Part shown: positions 18,169-28,588 of the stretch, one piece after another | Position numbering within the stretch: position 1 is the first letter of the stretch | Layout of the letters: every line of letters begins with the position of its first letter | Assembly (NCBI GenBank): GCA_023205875.1 | Contig: CP060757.1 | Coordinates: forward strand, 1,240,001 to 1,304,000 | Reading direction: 5' to 3' | DNA length: 64,000 bases | Origin: Chloropicon primus | Taxonomy: Eukaryota | The notes under the pieces: generated by a model | Databases searched by the model: none | What the model was told of the DNA's origin: nothing | The model's input: the letters and a program-made list of their open reading frames with translations, nothing else | Program-made: the position numbers and the translations under genes

Positions 18169-20097
18169 ATGCTGAGGCAGAGGGGGTGCGGCCTCGTTCG
18201 GAGGGTCGCGAAGGCGCTGCCGTTGGAGTTGAGCGAGGCGTGCTCGACCTCCGCGCACGTGGGTGCTGCCTGCACGAGGGCGACGGGAGCGAATTTTCGC
18301 GGGTACGCCGCGGGCTCGGGCCCGGGGGGCGTGGTCTGGCCGGAGCTTCCGCCGGCGCTGACTGCCATCATCGGGACGAGGGAGAAGCTGGGGACGAGGG
18401 GGACGGCCGCCTTCAACAACCTCGTGAGGGCGTCTCGTCGCCTGTACGAGAACAACCACTTGGTTGCGGAGGAGGCACAACGGATAAAGCAAGCCGTGTC
18501 GAGCAGGGCGTACATAAACATCCTGAGCTCGTTCAGCTGCGCGCCCAAGGCCCAGAAGGTCATCATGGGGCTGCCGCTGCTGGCGGCCTCCCTGAGAGCC
18601 GGGAGGGAGGCGAGCTGCTACACGGTGAAAGAGTTCGGCAGGAAGACCAAGTCCTACCCGAGCACCGGGCTCGTCCAAAAGTCGGTGAAGATCGCGGTGG
18701 TGGCGTTCTACCACAGGGTGGCCCTGATCGTTCGGGGAATGTTCCTGACCACCCTCTTCATGCCGATTTTGGTCGGGGCGCCATTCGCCCTGAACTTTGG
18801 CATCGGGAGGGAGACCTGGAACAAGATGGTGAGGAGGGCGCTGGAGATCGCTGGCCCTGCCTTCGTGAAGTGGGGCCAGTGGGCCTCCACCAGGAGGGAC
18901 ATGTTCCCTGGCGACCTCTGCGAGGAGCTCGCGCAGCTTTACACGTGCGTGCCGAGCCACAAGTACGCTCACACCAAAAGCCTGGTGGAGAACGCCTTTG
19001 GGCAGAAGATGGAGGACTTGTTCGAGTGGTTCGAGGAGGAGCCTTGCGCCAGCGGGAGCATCGCTCAGGTCCACAAGGCCAAGCTGTCCGTGGAGGGCGC
19101 GAAGAGAATCAGCGACAAGGGGGAGATGGGCGAAGGCCGGGTCGTTGCCGTGAAGGTGAGGCACCCCAACGTCGAGACAAAGCTGCTCAGGGATTTTGAG
19201 CTCATGCTCATTCTTGCGGACTGGGCCGACGAGCTCGGGGACGCGCACGTCATCGGGGAGAGCGTGAGGCAGTTCAGGGGCCCTCTCATCGAGCAGATTG
19301 ACCTGGAGCACGAGGCGGAGGCGCTGTTCAGGTTCAACAAGAACTTCAAGAAGACCCGGGACGTGAACTTCCCGCTGCCTTTGTACCCCTACGTCACCAA
19401 CGACGTGCTGGTGGAGACGTTTGAGGACGGCATCGTGTTCAACGAGATCTTCAAGGAGGACATCATGGAGAAGCCTTGGAACCGCACGCTCGCGCAGATG
19501 GGCCTCAACACGCTGTTCAAGATGCTCTTGGAGGACAACTTTGTTCACGCGGACTTGCACCCGGGGAACATCCTGATAAGGTTCAAGGAGCCAAGCTTTT
19601 GGTCCAAGGTTCACGCCATGTTCTTCGGCTACAAGGACGCGGTTCCCAGGCCCCACATCACGATCTTGGACACGGGAATGTCGACCAGCCTCAGCAAGGG
19701 GGACAGGAAGGCCCTGTACGAGTTCTTCGAGAGCCTCGGGGCTCTGGACGGGCACATGGTCTCCGAGTCCACCCTAAAGATGACGACGGTCGGGGACAAC
19801 TTTCCTTCGAAGCCCCAGTTCGTCGAGGAGATTGTGGAGCTCTTTGAGGGTTTTCGGGCCTACATGTCTCAGCACGACGACCTGCCTCCCGCCGCGGAAT
19901 GCATGTGCAACCTGCTGGACATCTTCAGGAAGCACAAGGTGGGGATGAAGGCCGAGCTCTCCGTGGTCATTGCCACGGTCTTCATGATGGAGGGCTGGGC
20001 CACGCAGCTGGACCCGGACCTGAAGGTCATGAAGACGATCAGAAAATTTGCGAACTACAACTTTGAGACCTCGTTCAAGACACTGTGCACGAGCTAA
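18169..20097 (+). CDS. ABC1/UbiB atypical kinase (ADCK2-like)
   Basis: GPAFVKWGQWASTRRD, ASGSIAQVH, VAVKVRHP, HADLHPGN. Confidence 0.9.
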   Translation: MLRQRGCGLVRRVAKALPLELSEACSTSAHVGAACTRATGANFRGYAAGSGPGGVVWPELPPALTAIIGTREKLGTRGTAAFNNLVRASRRLYENNHLVAEEAQRIKQAVSSRAYINILSSFSCAPKAQKVIMGLPLLAASLRAGREASCYTVKEFGRKTKSYPSTGLVQKSVKIAVVAFYHRVALIVRGMFLTTLFMPILVGAPFALNFGIGRETWNKMVRRALEIAGPAFVKWGQWASTRRDMFPGDLCEELAQLYTCVPSHKYAHTKSLVENAFGQKMEDLFEWFEEEPCASGSIAQVHKAKLSVEGAKRISDKGEMGEGRVVAVKVRHPNVETKLLRDFELMLILADWADELGDAHVIGESVRQFRGPLIEQIDLEHEAEALFRFNKNFKKTRDVNFPLPLYPYVTNDVLVETFEDGIVFNEIFKEDIMEKPWNRTLAQMGLNTLFKMLLEDNFVHADLHPGNILIRFKEPSFWSKVHAMFFGYKDAVPRPHITILDTGMSTSLSKGDRKALYEFFESLGALDGHMVSESTLKMTTVGDNFPSKPQFVEEIVELFEGFRAYMSQHDDLPPAAECMCNLLDIFRKHKVGMKAELSVVIATVFMMEGWATQLDPDLKVMKTIRKFANYNFETSFKTLCTS

Positions 20098-20217
20098 TTG
20101 GGGGTCTCTGCATTCTTTTTCTTCGTAGTATACGTTCTTTTGCCTCATTCCTCGACGAGTCTCGTCAAAACCGTTGATAACACCACGGGTGCACGGCAAG
20201 CGCTCTTATTTTTTTTA

Positions 20218-20925
20218 TCATGGTGGCGAGCCAAACTTCTCCGCCCTCGCCTTCTTCTTCTGCTCGAACTCGCTCAGGGGCCTTCCCAGGCTGTCCCCGA
20301 ACCTCTTCTTCCGATCCTCGAACTTCTTTGCGACCTCGGCCTTCCTCGCGGCAGCCTCGGCCTTCTTCGCCATCTTCTCCTTCTGGTCGAACCGGGGGAG
20401 GGGCGTCAGGGCAGCCGCCCCAAACCGCTCCATCCTGGCCTTCTTCTTCGCCTCAAAGTCGTCGCTCTGGACGGACGCGACGCCGAACCGCGCCTCCCTC
20501 TGCTTCTTCTTCTCCGCCAAGTCCTTGGCCTTCTCCTCCTTGGTCAGCTCGAGCGGAACGCCGAACTTCTTCGCCCTCGCGGCCTTCTTATCGAGGAAGG
20601 AAAGGTTTTCGTCCTCCTTGGCCGCGGCATCGGTGTTCGCCGGCCCGGCGCCAGCGTCCCCCTTCCCCTCGTCCTTGACCTCCTTCTCCTTCTCGGCCGC
20701 CTCCTTCTCCGACTTGGCCGGCGCGGCCTCCTTCTCGGCCCCCTTCTCGGGCTCCTCCAGGGGTTCCAGCTCCTTGCTCAGGGTCTCCGCCTCCAAGGCT
20801 TTCTCCAACCGCTCCTGCAGCGCCGCCTTCAGCCCCGCCGTGTCCAGTGACCTCTTCCCGAGCTCCTCCCGAAGCTCCGCCACCTTCATCGTCTTCACGT
20901 CCGCCACCGTTATATCCCCTCCCAT
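20218..20925 (-). CDS. SAP-domain protein, Tho1/SARNP/MOS11-like
   Basis: SAP motif MKVAELREELGKRSLDTAGLKAALQERL; repeated 'KKARAEKFG' units. Confidence 0.8.
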   Translation of the reverse strand: MGGDITVADVKTMKVAELREELGKRSLDTAGLKAALQERLEKALEAETLSKELEPLEEPEKGAEKEAAPAKSEKEAAEKEKEVKDEGKGDAGAGPANTDAAAKEDENLSFLDKKAARAKKFGVPLELTKEEKAKDLAEKKKQREARFGVASVQSDDFEAKKKARMERFGAAALTPLPRFDQKEKMAKKAEAAARKAEVAKKFEDRKKRFGDSLGRPLSEFEQKKKARAEKFGSPP

Positions 20926-21145
20926 CTTGAGAACAACCCCACGACTCGACCAACACAACACAACCTCCTTCTCTCCCCCACTAACTCCTCCACTTTGCGC
21001 GCGCTTTCTCCCGATCGATCGTCGATCGATGAGAGACGAGAGGGAGAGCGAGAAAGCCAAGAAGGCGGCCAAGAGGAGAGAGAGGAGAGGAGAGAAGACG
21101 ACTTCGACTTAAGCATCTTCTTCTTTCTTCTTGTGTAGGTAGAGG

Positions 21146-21508
21146 ATGCAGAGCGGGTGTCGCGCGGGTACGTTGGTCAGACGTGTGGCGGGAGGGCGCC
21201 TGTGGAGCCTGGCGGCGTCGAGAGCGGTGGTGCTGCCAGCGAGCGAGACCACGGAGGGGTGTTGCTCCTCCGCCTTGGGGAAGACCCCGACGACGTGGGT
21301 GGTGACCAGGGGGTTCGCCGTGCCGAAGAGGAAGGTGAGCCGAAGCAAGAAGAGGATGAAGGAGAACCACCCGACCAAGAGGCTGAGAACGAAGAAGACG
21401 TACTCGTACTGCGAGAAGTGCGACGAGGTCCTGGGGCCCCACCAAATTTGCACGGGGATTTTGAAAGGCAAGTGCTCCATCGACGATCTGGTCAAGAAGG
21501 GGGTGTGA
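21146..21508 (+). CDS. Organellar (probably mitochondrial) ribosomal protein bL32
   Basis: Presequence-like N-terminus, then FAVPKRKVSRSKKRMK and CEKC...HQIC. Confidence 0.8.
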   Translation: MQSGCRAGTLVRRVAGGRLWSLAASRAVVLPASETTEGCCSSALGKTPTTWVVTRGFAVPKRKVSRSKKRMKENHPTKRLRTKKTYSYCEKCDEVLGPHQICTGILKGKCSIDDLVKKGV

Positions 21509-21557
21509 GGCGAACGGGTCGAGACCTTGAGAGGGGGAGCGCGCAGACGAAGCGGGC

Positions 21558-22958
21558 ATGATCGCCGCGAGGCGCGCGCTCCGCCGAAGGGGCCTCCTCA
21601 GAGGAAGCCCCCGGGCCGAAACGCCCGGTCTTCGGAGAGGTGCGCCCTGCCTCCTCCACGCGCGTGGGGCGACTGAAAGCGAGGGAAGGGGGGAGAACGG
21701 GGGGAGGTTCGGGGGGAAGGACCCCGGGGCGAGGTCCGCGTACGTCCACCTCCCGTTCTGCAAGCGAAAGTGCTTTTACTGCGACTTTCCCGTGGTCGCG
21801 CTGGGCAGCGAGGCCACGGGGACGGAGGCGGAGCCGCCCATCTTCGAGAGCTACGTCAACCTGCTCGAGAGAGAGGTGGGGCGCTACGCTTCCGACGCGG
21901 CAAGGGGGTCTTCGGGTGGCAAGAAGCTGGACACTGTGTTCTTCGGGGGCGGGACCCCTTCCCTGATCCCGCCCCGCCAACTCGAGAGAGTTCTGCGGCG
22001 GCTGGACGACACCTTTGGCATCGAGTGGGAGGGGGCTGAAATCTCTATGGAGTGCGACCCGGGAACCTTCGACAGGCGGAGACTCCGCGACTACATCGAC
22101 TTGGGAGTGAACAGAATAAGCATGGGGGTCCAGTCCTTTGATGACAGGCTCCTCGAGCTGTGCGGTCGGTCCCACACGCTGCGAGAGGTGTACCAGGCCA
22201 TAGACGACCTCCACGCGGCGTCTCCTGCCTCCTGGAGCATCGACCTCATGTTCGGTCTGCCCCACCAGTCGCTTCGGGCGTGGGAGAAAACGCTGGACGA
22301 GGCCGTGGCTGCGGAGCCGAGCCACGTGTCGTGCTACGACCTCCAGGTGGAGGAAGCAACCCCGTTCGCTCGCTGGTACGAGGTCGGAATGGCGCCGCTG
22401 CCGGACGAGGACACGAGCGCGGAGTTCTTCAAAATGGCTTCGAGGCGCTTGGGGTCCGAGGGGTACTCGCACTACGAGATAAGCAACTATGCGAGAGAGG
22501 GCCACGAGTGCCGCCACAACATGGCATATTGGCGCAACAGCCCCTTTTACGCCTTTGGCCTCGGGTCCACCAGCAACTTGCATGGCAGGAGGGTTCAGAG
22601 GCCCAGGAAGTACAAGGATTACGAGGCTTGGGTGGAGGACCACGACCGCCGTTACTTGGAGCTAGAGCAGCGGGGGAGCGGGGGGGAGGCGGAGGAGCAG
22701 GTGGTGCTGGACCGACTCCTGGACGAGGTCATGCTGAGCCTCAGGCTCAAGGACGGCCTGCGAGTGGCAGGCTTGGACGAAACGTTTGGCGGCTGTGGCA
22801 TCGCGGACGTCGAGGCCAGAATCATGGATGCCGTGACCGTGCACATCGAGAAGAAGCTCGTCCTCCTGAGTGAGGACGGGAAGAGTATCCGACTGTCGGA
22901 TCCAGAGGGTCAGCTGGTGTCGAACAGCATCATCTCTGACATCTTCTGTAAGTTCTAA
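21558..22958 (+). CDS. Radical SAM HemW/HemN-like protein
   Basis: YVHLPFCKRKCFYCDF, FGGGTPS, RISMGVQSF, HYEISNYA, HNMAYW. Confidence 0.92.
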   Translation: MIAARRALRRRGLLRGSPRAETPGLRRGAPCLLHARGATESEGRGENGGRFGGKDPGARSAYVHLPFCKRKCFYCDFPVVALGSEATGTEAEPPIFESYVNLLEREVGRYASDAARGSSGGKKLDTVFFGGGTPSLIPPRQLERVLRRLDDTFGIEWEGAEISMECDPGTFDRRRLRDYIDLGVNRISMGVQSFDDRLLELCGRSHTLREVYQAIDDLHAASPASWSIDLMFGLPHQSLRAWEKTLDEAVAAEPSHVSCYDLQVEEATPFARWYEVGMAPLPDEDTSAEFFKMASRRLGSEGYSHYEISNYAREGHECRHNMAYWRNSPFYAFGLGSTSNLHGRRVQRPRKYKDYEAWVEDHDRRYLELEQRGSGGEAEEQVVLDRLLDEVMLSLRLKDGLRVAGLDETFGGCGIADVEARIMDAVTVHIEKKLVLLSEDGKSIRLSDPEGQLVSNSIISDIFCKF

Positions 22959-23001
22959 AGCTCTGCACGCAAACAAAATTGTATTCTAGTCTAGTCTAAA
23001 T

Positions 23002-23772
23002 CTACGTCTTTTGGTACACGAAGCAGTCGAGGCTCCACTTGCTGTCAAAGCTCTGGCGGACGCAGAGGTAACCGTCGTTCGCTCCGTACGGTCGGAACTT
23101 GTTGGACTGCACTTGCTTGCTCACCAGCACCAGCCGGCTTCCCGGCTTCATCTCTGCTCCGAGCTTGGACTCCAAGGCGGCCATGAACGCAGGTTGAAAG
23201 CAGGTCGCGAAGACGAAGACGACAGTCGCGTCATCGACCTTGGCCCTCATCATATCCCCCAGCTCGAGGGTGCAGCTGGGCAAGCCCTCCCTCCCCAGCG
23301 CCGCCTGGAGCTTCTCCAGCGCGACCAGCGCTTTCTCGTGGAGCTCCGGAAGTATTTCGCATCCTCGGCATTCGCCCCAGGCCACGTCTTGAAGCGCGGT
23401 GGACAGCACCATCTTCCCCAACCCGCTGCCAAGGTCAACGAAGACGTCCCCTTCCTCGGGTCTCACGGCCTTGACGATCTCGGTGACTGACCTGTGGTCC
23501 AACTCCCCGTAAAAATACCCCATGCCGTCGACCCTCGGCCTCTCCTTGTGGCTCAGCTCGGCGATCTCGAGCCCCGCATCGCGGTCCAGGCCCTCGAAGG
23601 CCATCTCGTAGGCGGTCATCGGCTCGCGCCCATCTCGAACCCTCCCGTTAATCCGGTGCCCTCGCCCCCTCCCGCCAGCGCTGGGCCAAGTGGGAGACAA
23701 CGTGAAGCCTAGCCCAAGGACCCTGTCTAGGCAAGGGGCACACGCCCCCACTCCACCCACCAGCGCCACCAT
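23002..23772 (-). CDS. DOT1-like class I SAM-dependent methyltransferase; start uncertain
   Basis: YGEL, VFVDLGSGLGKMV, GCEI, VFVFATCF, MKPGSRLV. Confidence 0.7.
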   Translation of the reverse strand: MVALVGGVGACAPCLDRVLGLGFTLSPTWPSAGGRGRGHRINGRVRDGREPMTAYEMAFEGLDRDAGLEIAELSHKERPRVDGMGYFYGELDHRSVTEIVKAVRPEEGDVFVDLGSGLGKMVLSTALQDVAWGECRGCEILPELHEKALVALEKLQAALGREGLPSCTLELGDMMRAKVDDATVVFVFATCFQPAFMAALESKLGAEMKPGSRLVLVSKQVQSNKFRPYGANDGYLCVRQSFDSKWSLDCFVYQKT

Positions 23773-23938
23773 AAGAGGGCGGGAGACCGAGGCCGCGCAC
23801 AGGCCTGTCGCCTGACCCCTTCGCCCTTCGCTCGACCCCTCGGGTCGACCGCGGGATGGACGGAATGGGAGCAAGCGCGCGCGACCGAGGCCTGGAACGT
23901 TATCAAAAGCAAAAAGAGAAAGGAGAGAGATCTCGCCG

Positions 23939-25573
23939 ATGAGGTTGAGGGGGACGGAGTGGAGGGGGAAGGGGTTGTGGAGGGGGAAGGGGTTGAGGAG
24001 GGGGAAGGGGTTGAGGACGCGGTCTGCCAAGTCCACGGAGTCCTACGCCAGGAGCTCAGGGGACGCCACGACGAGCTCGAACAATTTGCGACGAATTCTC
24101 GCGAAGGAGACACTCGCACGGAGGTACTACGAGCTGAACTTGCCGGGTGTTTGCGTTCACGTGGCCTACCTTCGCAAGCCGCTGCAGTACCTGAACACCT
24201 CGGACAACAGCATAGACAGCGATCCCGAGGGCGACAAGGTGCTGATTGGGGGTTCCAAGAGCAAGGACGATAGAACGGATGACTTTTTGCACTTTGAGCT
24301 TCTGTGCTCGGAGCTGGTGGGGGGCGGGCTGGCGTACCCGATAGCCAGGGGGGACTCCAGGGTGGAGGACGATCTCCAGGTCACCGTCGAAGTGAATCGC
24401 GACAAGCTCGTGCCGAGGGGGGGCGAGGGGGACGGCGAGGGGGACGGCGAGGGGGAACGGAGGAAGCGAAGTGCCGGAGGCACGCTGTGGACGAGCAAAG
24501 CCGACCCCGAGGGCGAGGGTGCGGGGGGGGAGGAGGCGAACGAGGACAGGGAGAAGCAGAAGAAGCTCTACATGTCGAACGTTCCGGTCAGAATTCGTTA
24601 CCAGCAGTTCACGGAGTTCACGTCCTACACGTTCGAGATCCCTGCCCTGGAGGACTCCAACACACTGAAAGCCGGTTTCAAGCAGGGCGAGGCCCTGATC
24701 GAGTACTTGAAGGCCATCGACAACTGGTGGAATGAGATCCCGGGCGAGCTCTTCTTGGTCGGGATCGTGAACTCCAAAGCGGTGGAGGCGAAGGGGAAGA
24801 ACGTCTTGTACGACCCCCTCGAGCTCCAGGACGACCTTTACTCCATAAGGAGCGACTCCTCTTATCCCGGAGATTCTCCCACGGGCTGCTTCGTGGGGCA
24901 GCAAGAAAAGCCCATGGGAATCTTCGTGAACTACGCCCTGCAGCCCTTCACGGACTACCTCTACGTCGCAGTGTTGTACGACAGGGACGCGACTTTTGTG
25001 GAGAAGCAGCAGTACAGCAGGCAAATCCAAAGATTTCTGGAGCTGGAGGAGTACAGGCTGCTGTGCTTGTCGGCCTCCGCCATCGCAAAGTACCTCTTCA
25101 TAGCGATCGAGTCCATCAACGAGGAGATTTTGGAGGTCCTCAACTGCTTCAAGAGGAGCGACCTCAAGTTCGCCGAGAGGAAGGAGGCCTTGGAGAGGAT
25201 CATCGATTTACAGAATAGGAGTGAGACGTTGGGCATTGGGGTGAGGGACAGGTTCGGGGCTTCCGAGGCTTACGGCAACGTGGTGTTCAGGAGGCTGGAC
25301 CGAATGTACTGCACGCCCGCCCCGGGAACCCAAAATTTCCAAGGGTTTGTGCGCAAGAGGCTGGAGCCTGCCCTGAGGACGTACCAGTCGGCGGGGGAGC
25401 GCCTGGACGAGACCACGGACGCCGTCGCCCGCGCCTCCAACCTCCTTCGCTGCCAGATCGACTTGGACGTTCAGCAGCAGAACGACAACCTGCTGATCAT
25501 CGGAACCGTCCTGAGTTTGTCGTCCTTCTCGCTCGCGATCATTCAATTTCTCGAGAAGGTCGATGTCCTGTAG
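23939..25573 (+). CDS. DUF3422-family protein with C-terminal hydrophobic anchor
   Basis: TEFTSYTF, QRFLELEEYRLL, RFGASEAYG, RKRLEPALRT, RASNLLRCQIDL. Confidence 0.7.
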   Translation: MRLRGTEWRGKGLWRGKGLRRGKGLRTRSAKSTESYARSSGDATTSSNNLRRILAKETLARRYYELNLPGVCVHVAYLRKPLQYLNTSDNSIDSDPEGDKVLIGGSKSKDDRTDDFLHFELLCSELVGGGLAYPIARGDSRVEDDLQVTVEVNRDKLVPRGGEGDGEGDGEGERRKRSAGGTLWTSKADPEGEGAGGEEANEDREKQKKLYMSNVPVRIRYQQFTEFTSYTFEIPALEDSNTLKAGFKQGEALIEYLKAIDNWWNEIPGELFLVGIVNSKAVEAKGKNVLYDPLELQDDLYSIRSDSSYPGDSPTGCFVGQQEKPMGIFVNYALQPFTDYLYVAVLYDRDATFVEKQQYSRQIQRFLELEEYRLLCLSASAIAKYLFIAIESINEEILEVLNCFKRSDLKFAERKEALERIIDLQNRSETLGIGVRDRFGASEAYGNVVFRRLDRMYCTPAPGTQNFQGFVRKRLEPALRTYQSAGERLDETTDAVARASNLLRCQIDLDVQQQNDNLLIIGTVLSLSSFSLAIIQFLEKVDVL

Positions 25574-25722
25574 CTGGAGAGAGAGAGGAAGAGGAAGAGG
25601 AAGAGAGGTGACTTTTCTTCTTGTTGTTTTTTGTACGAACAGGCCAAGGCCCAACCCCCAAAGTAGTTTACATCACCATTGTTTTTTAGCCTAGATGGAT
25701 GACGAAGTCCCGCTACTTCTTT

Positions 25723-26916
25723 TCAACCGTCCATCGACTTCCAGTCCAAGGAGGACAAGTTCACGAAAAGGTCGTCCACGGCCGATCCAGATTTCGCGAG
25801 GCACTCGTCCGCCTCCAGGTGGCGCTTCAGCCACGTAGTGTAAGCCGGAAGCAGAGCTGCCGTGGCCTCGTCCCTGAAGCCCTCCTCGGGGTCCTCCACG
25901 TAGCCTCGGATCCCCCAAGAATCCTTCTCCTCACTGCCGTCCTTCGGGAGGACCTCCCCGCCGCTGAGGACGCCGACTTGGACGAACTTTGGCCGGCCGA
26001 CCGACGGACCCTCCTCCCCCTCCCCCGGGGCTGCGTCGAGGGAATTCAAGCGCAGGGATCGGGGCTCCCCCCCATCGTCGCCCCTGTAGGCCTCCACCAC
26101 GTCGTGGGCGGGCCCCGGTAGCTCGACGAAGATCGGCCCGCCTGAGTCGCCGTTACAGGAGGCGACGTTCGTGGTGGACATGCAAAGCGACCTGGAGGCG
26201 TCGCAGTTTTCCTCGCCCTTGTTGCACCACCGGAGCTCGTCGCAGCTCGTCACGTCGTAGCCCATCCTCTGGATCGGGTCGTGGTAGTCCGTGGCGTGGT
26301 ACGGCGAGACGCAGAAGTCCTCCGAGTCCCCCCAACCCAAAATCGATACCCGCGAGGGGAGCTTGGTCTGGTCGATCCAGTCGCCGCCGCCCTCGCCCTC
26401 CAGCATCTTCACCGGCTCGATGTCCTCCTGGCAGGTGTCGAGGAACAGGAGGGCGATGTCCCAAGCGCTGCTCCCCGTCTCGAACGCGAAGGGTTCGCCC
26501 ACTATGATCTTCCGCACGCCCACGGAATCCCTCGTGGCGTGCGGGCCACTCTTCTCGACCCCGAAGACCACCCTGTAGGAGCTCGTGATCTTCCTCTCGT
26601 ACTGCTTCAGCTCCTTGCTGTGAAAGTTGTTGTCGATCTCGTACAGCGGCATGTAGTCGTTCAAGCAGTGGGCGGCAGTCATTACCACCCCCGGCGAGAC
26701 CAGGGAGCCCGTGCAGATGGCGTCGCACGTCTCCTCCCCTCCGTAAATTGTCGTGCAGATCACCGCCCCGAACGGGAAGGACGCGCTGTCCACGACCTCC
26801 CCGCCGTATATCAGCGGGCTCCTCGTGGCGCCCGCCCCACCCAACAAGAGAAAGGTGGCGACGGCCGCCCCATACATCACCCCGCCGACCCGCGCCAGCG
26901 CCCCCTTCGCGATCAT
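25723..26916 (-). CDS. Secreted trypsin-like (S1) serine protease
   Basis: Hydrophobic signal, IYGG, TAAHC, DIALL, GDSGGP. Confidence 0.9.
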   Translation of the reverse strand: MIAKGALARVGGVMYGAAVATFLLLGGAGATRSPLIYGGEVVDSASFPFGAVICTTIYGGEETCDAICTGSLVSPGVVMTAAHCLNDYMPLYEIDNNFHSKELKQYERKITSSYRVVFGVEKSGPHATRDSVGVRKIIVGEPFAFETGSSAWDIALLFLDTCQEDIEPVKMLEGEGGGDWIDQTKLPSRVSILGWGDSEDFCVSPYHATDYHDPIQRMGYDVTSCDELRWCNKGEENCDASRSLCMSTTNVASCNGDSGGPIFVELPGPAHDVVEAYRGDDGGEPRSLRLNSLDAAPGEGEEGPSVGRPKFVQVGVLSGGEVLPKDGSEEKDSWGIRGYVEDPEEGFRDEATAALLPAYTTWLKRHLEADECLAKSGSAVDDLFVNLSSLDWKSMDG

Positions 26917-27340
26917 CGTCGAGGACGTTCGCGTTGGCGATTCCAAAACCCCTCGAACCTCTCGTGCGCCTCGTGTGCCCCGCCGCTCGCGCTCGTAACG
27001 TCCGTAACGCGCGCGCCTTTGCAAGGAGAACTACTGGTTCGCGCGGTTTTTCGCGGACGAAACCTCTTCATTTTTTCTCATCTCGCCATCAAATGCTCGT
27101 GATTGCCGCCATTCATGAGAATTGAAGAGGACATCTTTTGGATATGGATTGGCTTTTGCAACCCGCGCGTCGCCACGTCGGCAATTGGATTGCGAGTCGG
27201 GAGTCGGGAGTCTCGGGCAGTCACAATTCCGTTGCGGGGCTCGATGACTACGGTCAGGAAGAACGTGTTCGCCTTCAGGGGCTTGTTTGCGGTCTTCAGG
27301 TTTCTGATTGCCAATTAGACAAGAGAGAGAGAGGGGGGGG

Positions 27341-27520
27341 ATGCTGGACTACCCCGTGGAGGACTTGATCGGGAGGGCGACCGCGGCCACCGTCAGGGTC
27401 GTGGCCCTGCCCCACCTCCAGGGGATCCTGGTGGTCGTGGGAATTCTGTGGGCCTTCGCGGTGCGCATGGAGCGCAAGACGCCAAAGCTTCAAAGCGTCC
27501 AGGGAGACAAGAGCGAGTGA
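27341..27520 (+). CDS. Small putative single-pass membrane protein (59 aa)
   Basis: ATG after a purine-rich leader, host-like G/C-ending codons, hydrophobic stretch GILVVVGILWAFAV. Confidence 0.4.
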   Translation: MLDYPVEDLIGRATAATVRVVALPHLQGILVVVGILWAFAVRMERKTPKLQSVQGDKSE

Positions 27521-27658
27521 TCGACGACGACGGCGACTGACTCTTGGCGCGCCTCGTCGGTTCGCGTTACAAAAAGCATGTCGTAATCTTTTTCTTCTTC
27601 TTCTTCGCTGCGGCGGTGTGCCTCGGGTTGTAGTAAAGTAGCAGAAGCAGCAAAAGGT

Positions 27659-28588
27659 TTAGCCTTCTTCCCCGCCCCCCTCCTTCCCCTGCTTCCTCCT
27701 CCTCCTCTTCCCCCTGTCCTCCTCGGACTTCTTCCCGGGCAGGAACAGCAGGGGGAGCATCCCCAGGAGGCAGCCCACCGTGACGCCGACCGTGGCCCCC
27801 ATGGCCCTCGTCATCCGTATGGCGGGCAGCCTCAGCTGCGCCTTGGCCAGCCTGGGCTCCTTGACCCCGAGCTTGCTGGCCTGGGACTCGATCGTGTCAG
27901 CCAGGCCCAGGCCGAGGACGTCCGAGATCAGGTTCCCGAGCCCCGCGGCGGCCAGGGTCGTGATCCCGAGGGCGACCCCGAGGGTCTTCTCGATCTCGCT
28001 CCCCGCGGTGAGCATGATGGCGTTGTCCACGAAGCCGAAGCCCACGAAGGGGATCCCGCTCGCGAGGGCGACCTTGGCCAGCTGCCCGCTCGTGGGGGCG
28101 ACCGGACTGGCCTCGGCGGCGGAGGTCCTCCGCGCCTGCTCGCGCCTGGCCACGGCCCAGTACCTCTCGAACTCGGCCCTGGAGAGCTTGCCGTCCATGT
28201 CGGCGTCCGCCTCGAGGAACGCCTTCTCGAGGCCGTCGAGGCCCTCCGCGCTGTTCTGCCTCCTCAGGGCGCTCACCACGGCGCCCCTCTCCATCGGGGT
28301 GAGGCACTCCGCGAGCTGCGTCGCGGTGCCCACGGGGTTCCTCCTCAGCCTCTCCACGAGCACCCCGGTCACCTCCTTCAAGGACGGGCTCCTCCGGAAG
28401 GGGGTCGCGGCGGGCCGGCGGTACGAGCCCCCGTCGTCGCCGTGGTCGTTGTGGTCGCGGTGGCGGGGCTCCTCGGGGGGCGCAGTCGTCGTCGCCGTCG
28501 TCGTCGTCCCGGCGCGGCGCAGGGGGAGGAGCAGGAGGGAGGGCGACGACTTGCGCGCGAGGAGGACCCCCCCCGTCAGAGCGGCCAT
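27659..28588 (-). CDS. TMEM65-family protein with EF-hand
   Basis: DADMDGKLSRAE EF-hand; IPFVGFGFVDNAIML, AAAGLGNLISD, GCLLGMLPL. Confidence 0.88.
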   Translation of the reverse strand: MAALTGGVLLARKSSPSLLLLPLRRAGTTTTATTTAPPEEPRHRDHNDHGDDGGSYRRPAATPFRRSPSLKEVTGVLVERLRRNPVGTATQLAECLTPMERGAVVSALRRQNSAEGLDGLEKAFLEADADMDGKLSRAEFERYWAVARREQARRTSAAEASPVAPTSGQLAKVALASGIPFVGFGFVDNAIMLTAGSEIEKTLGVALGITTLAAAGLGNLISDVLGLGLADTIESQASKLGVKEPRLAKAQLRLPAIRMTRAMGATVGVTVGCLLGMLPLLFLPGKKSEEDRGKRRRRKQGKEGGGEEG

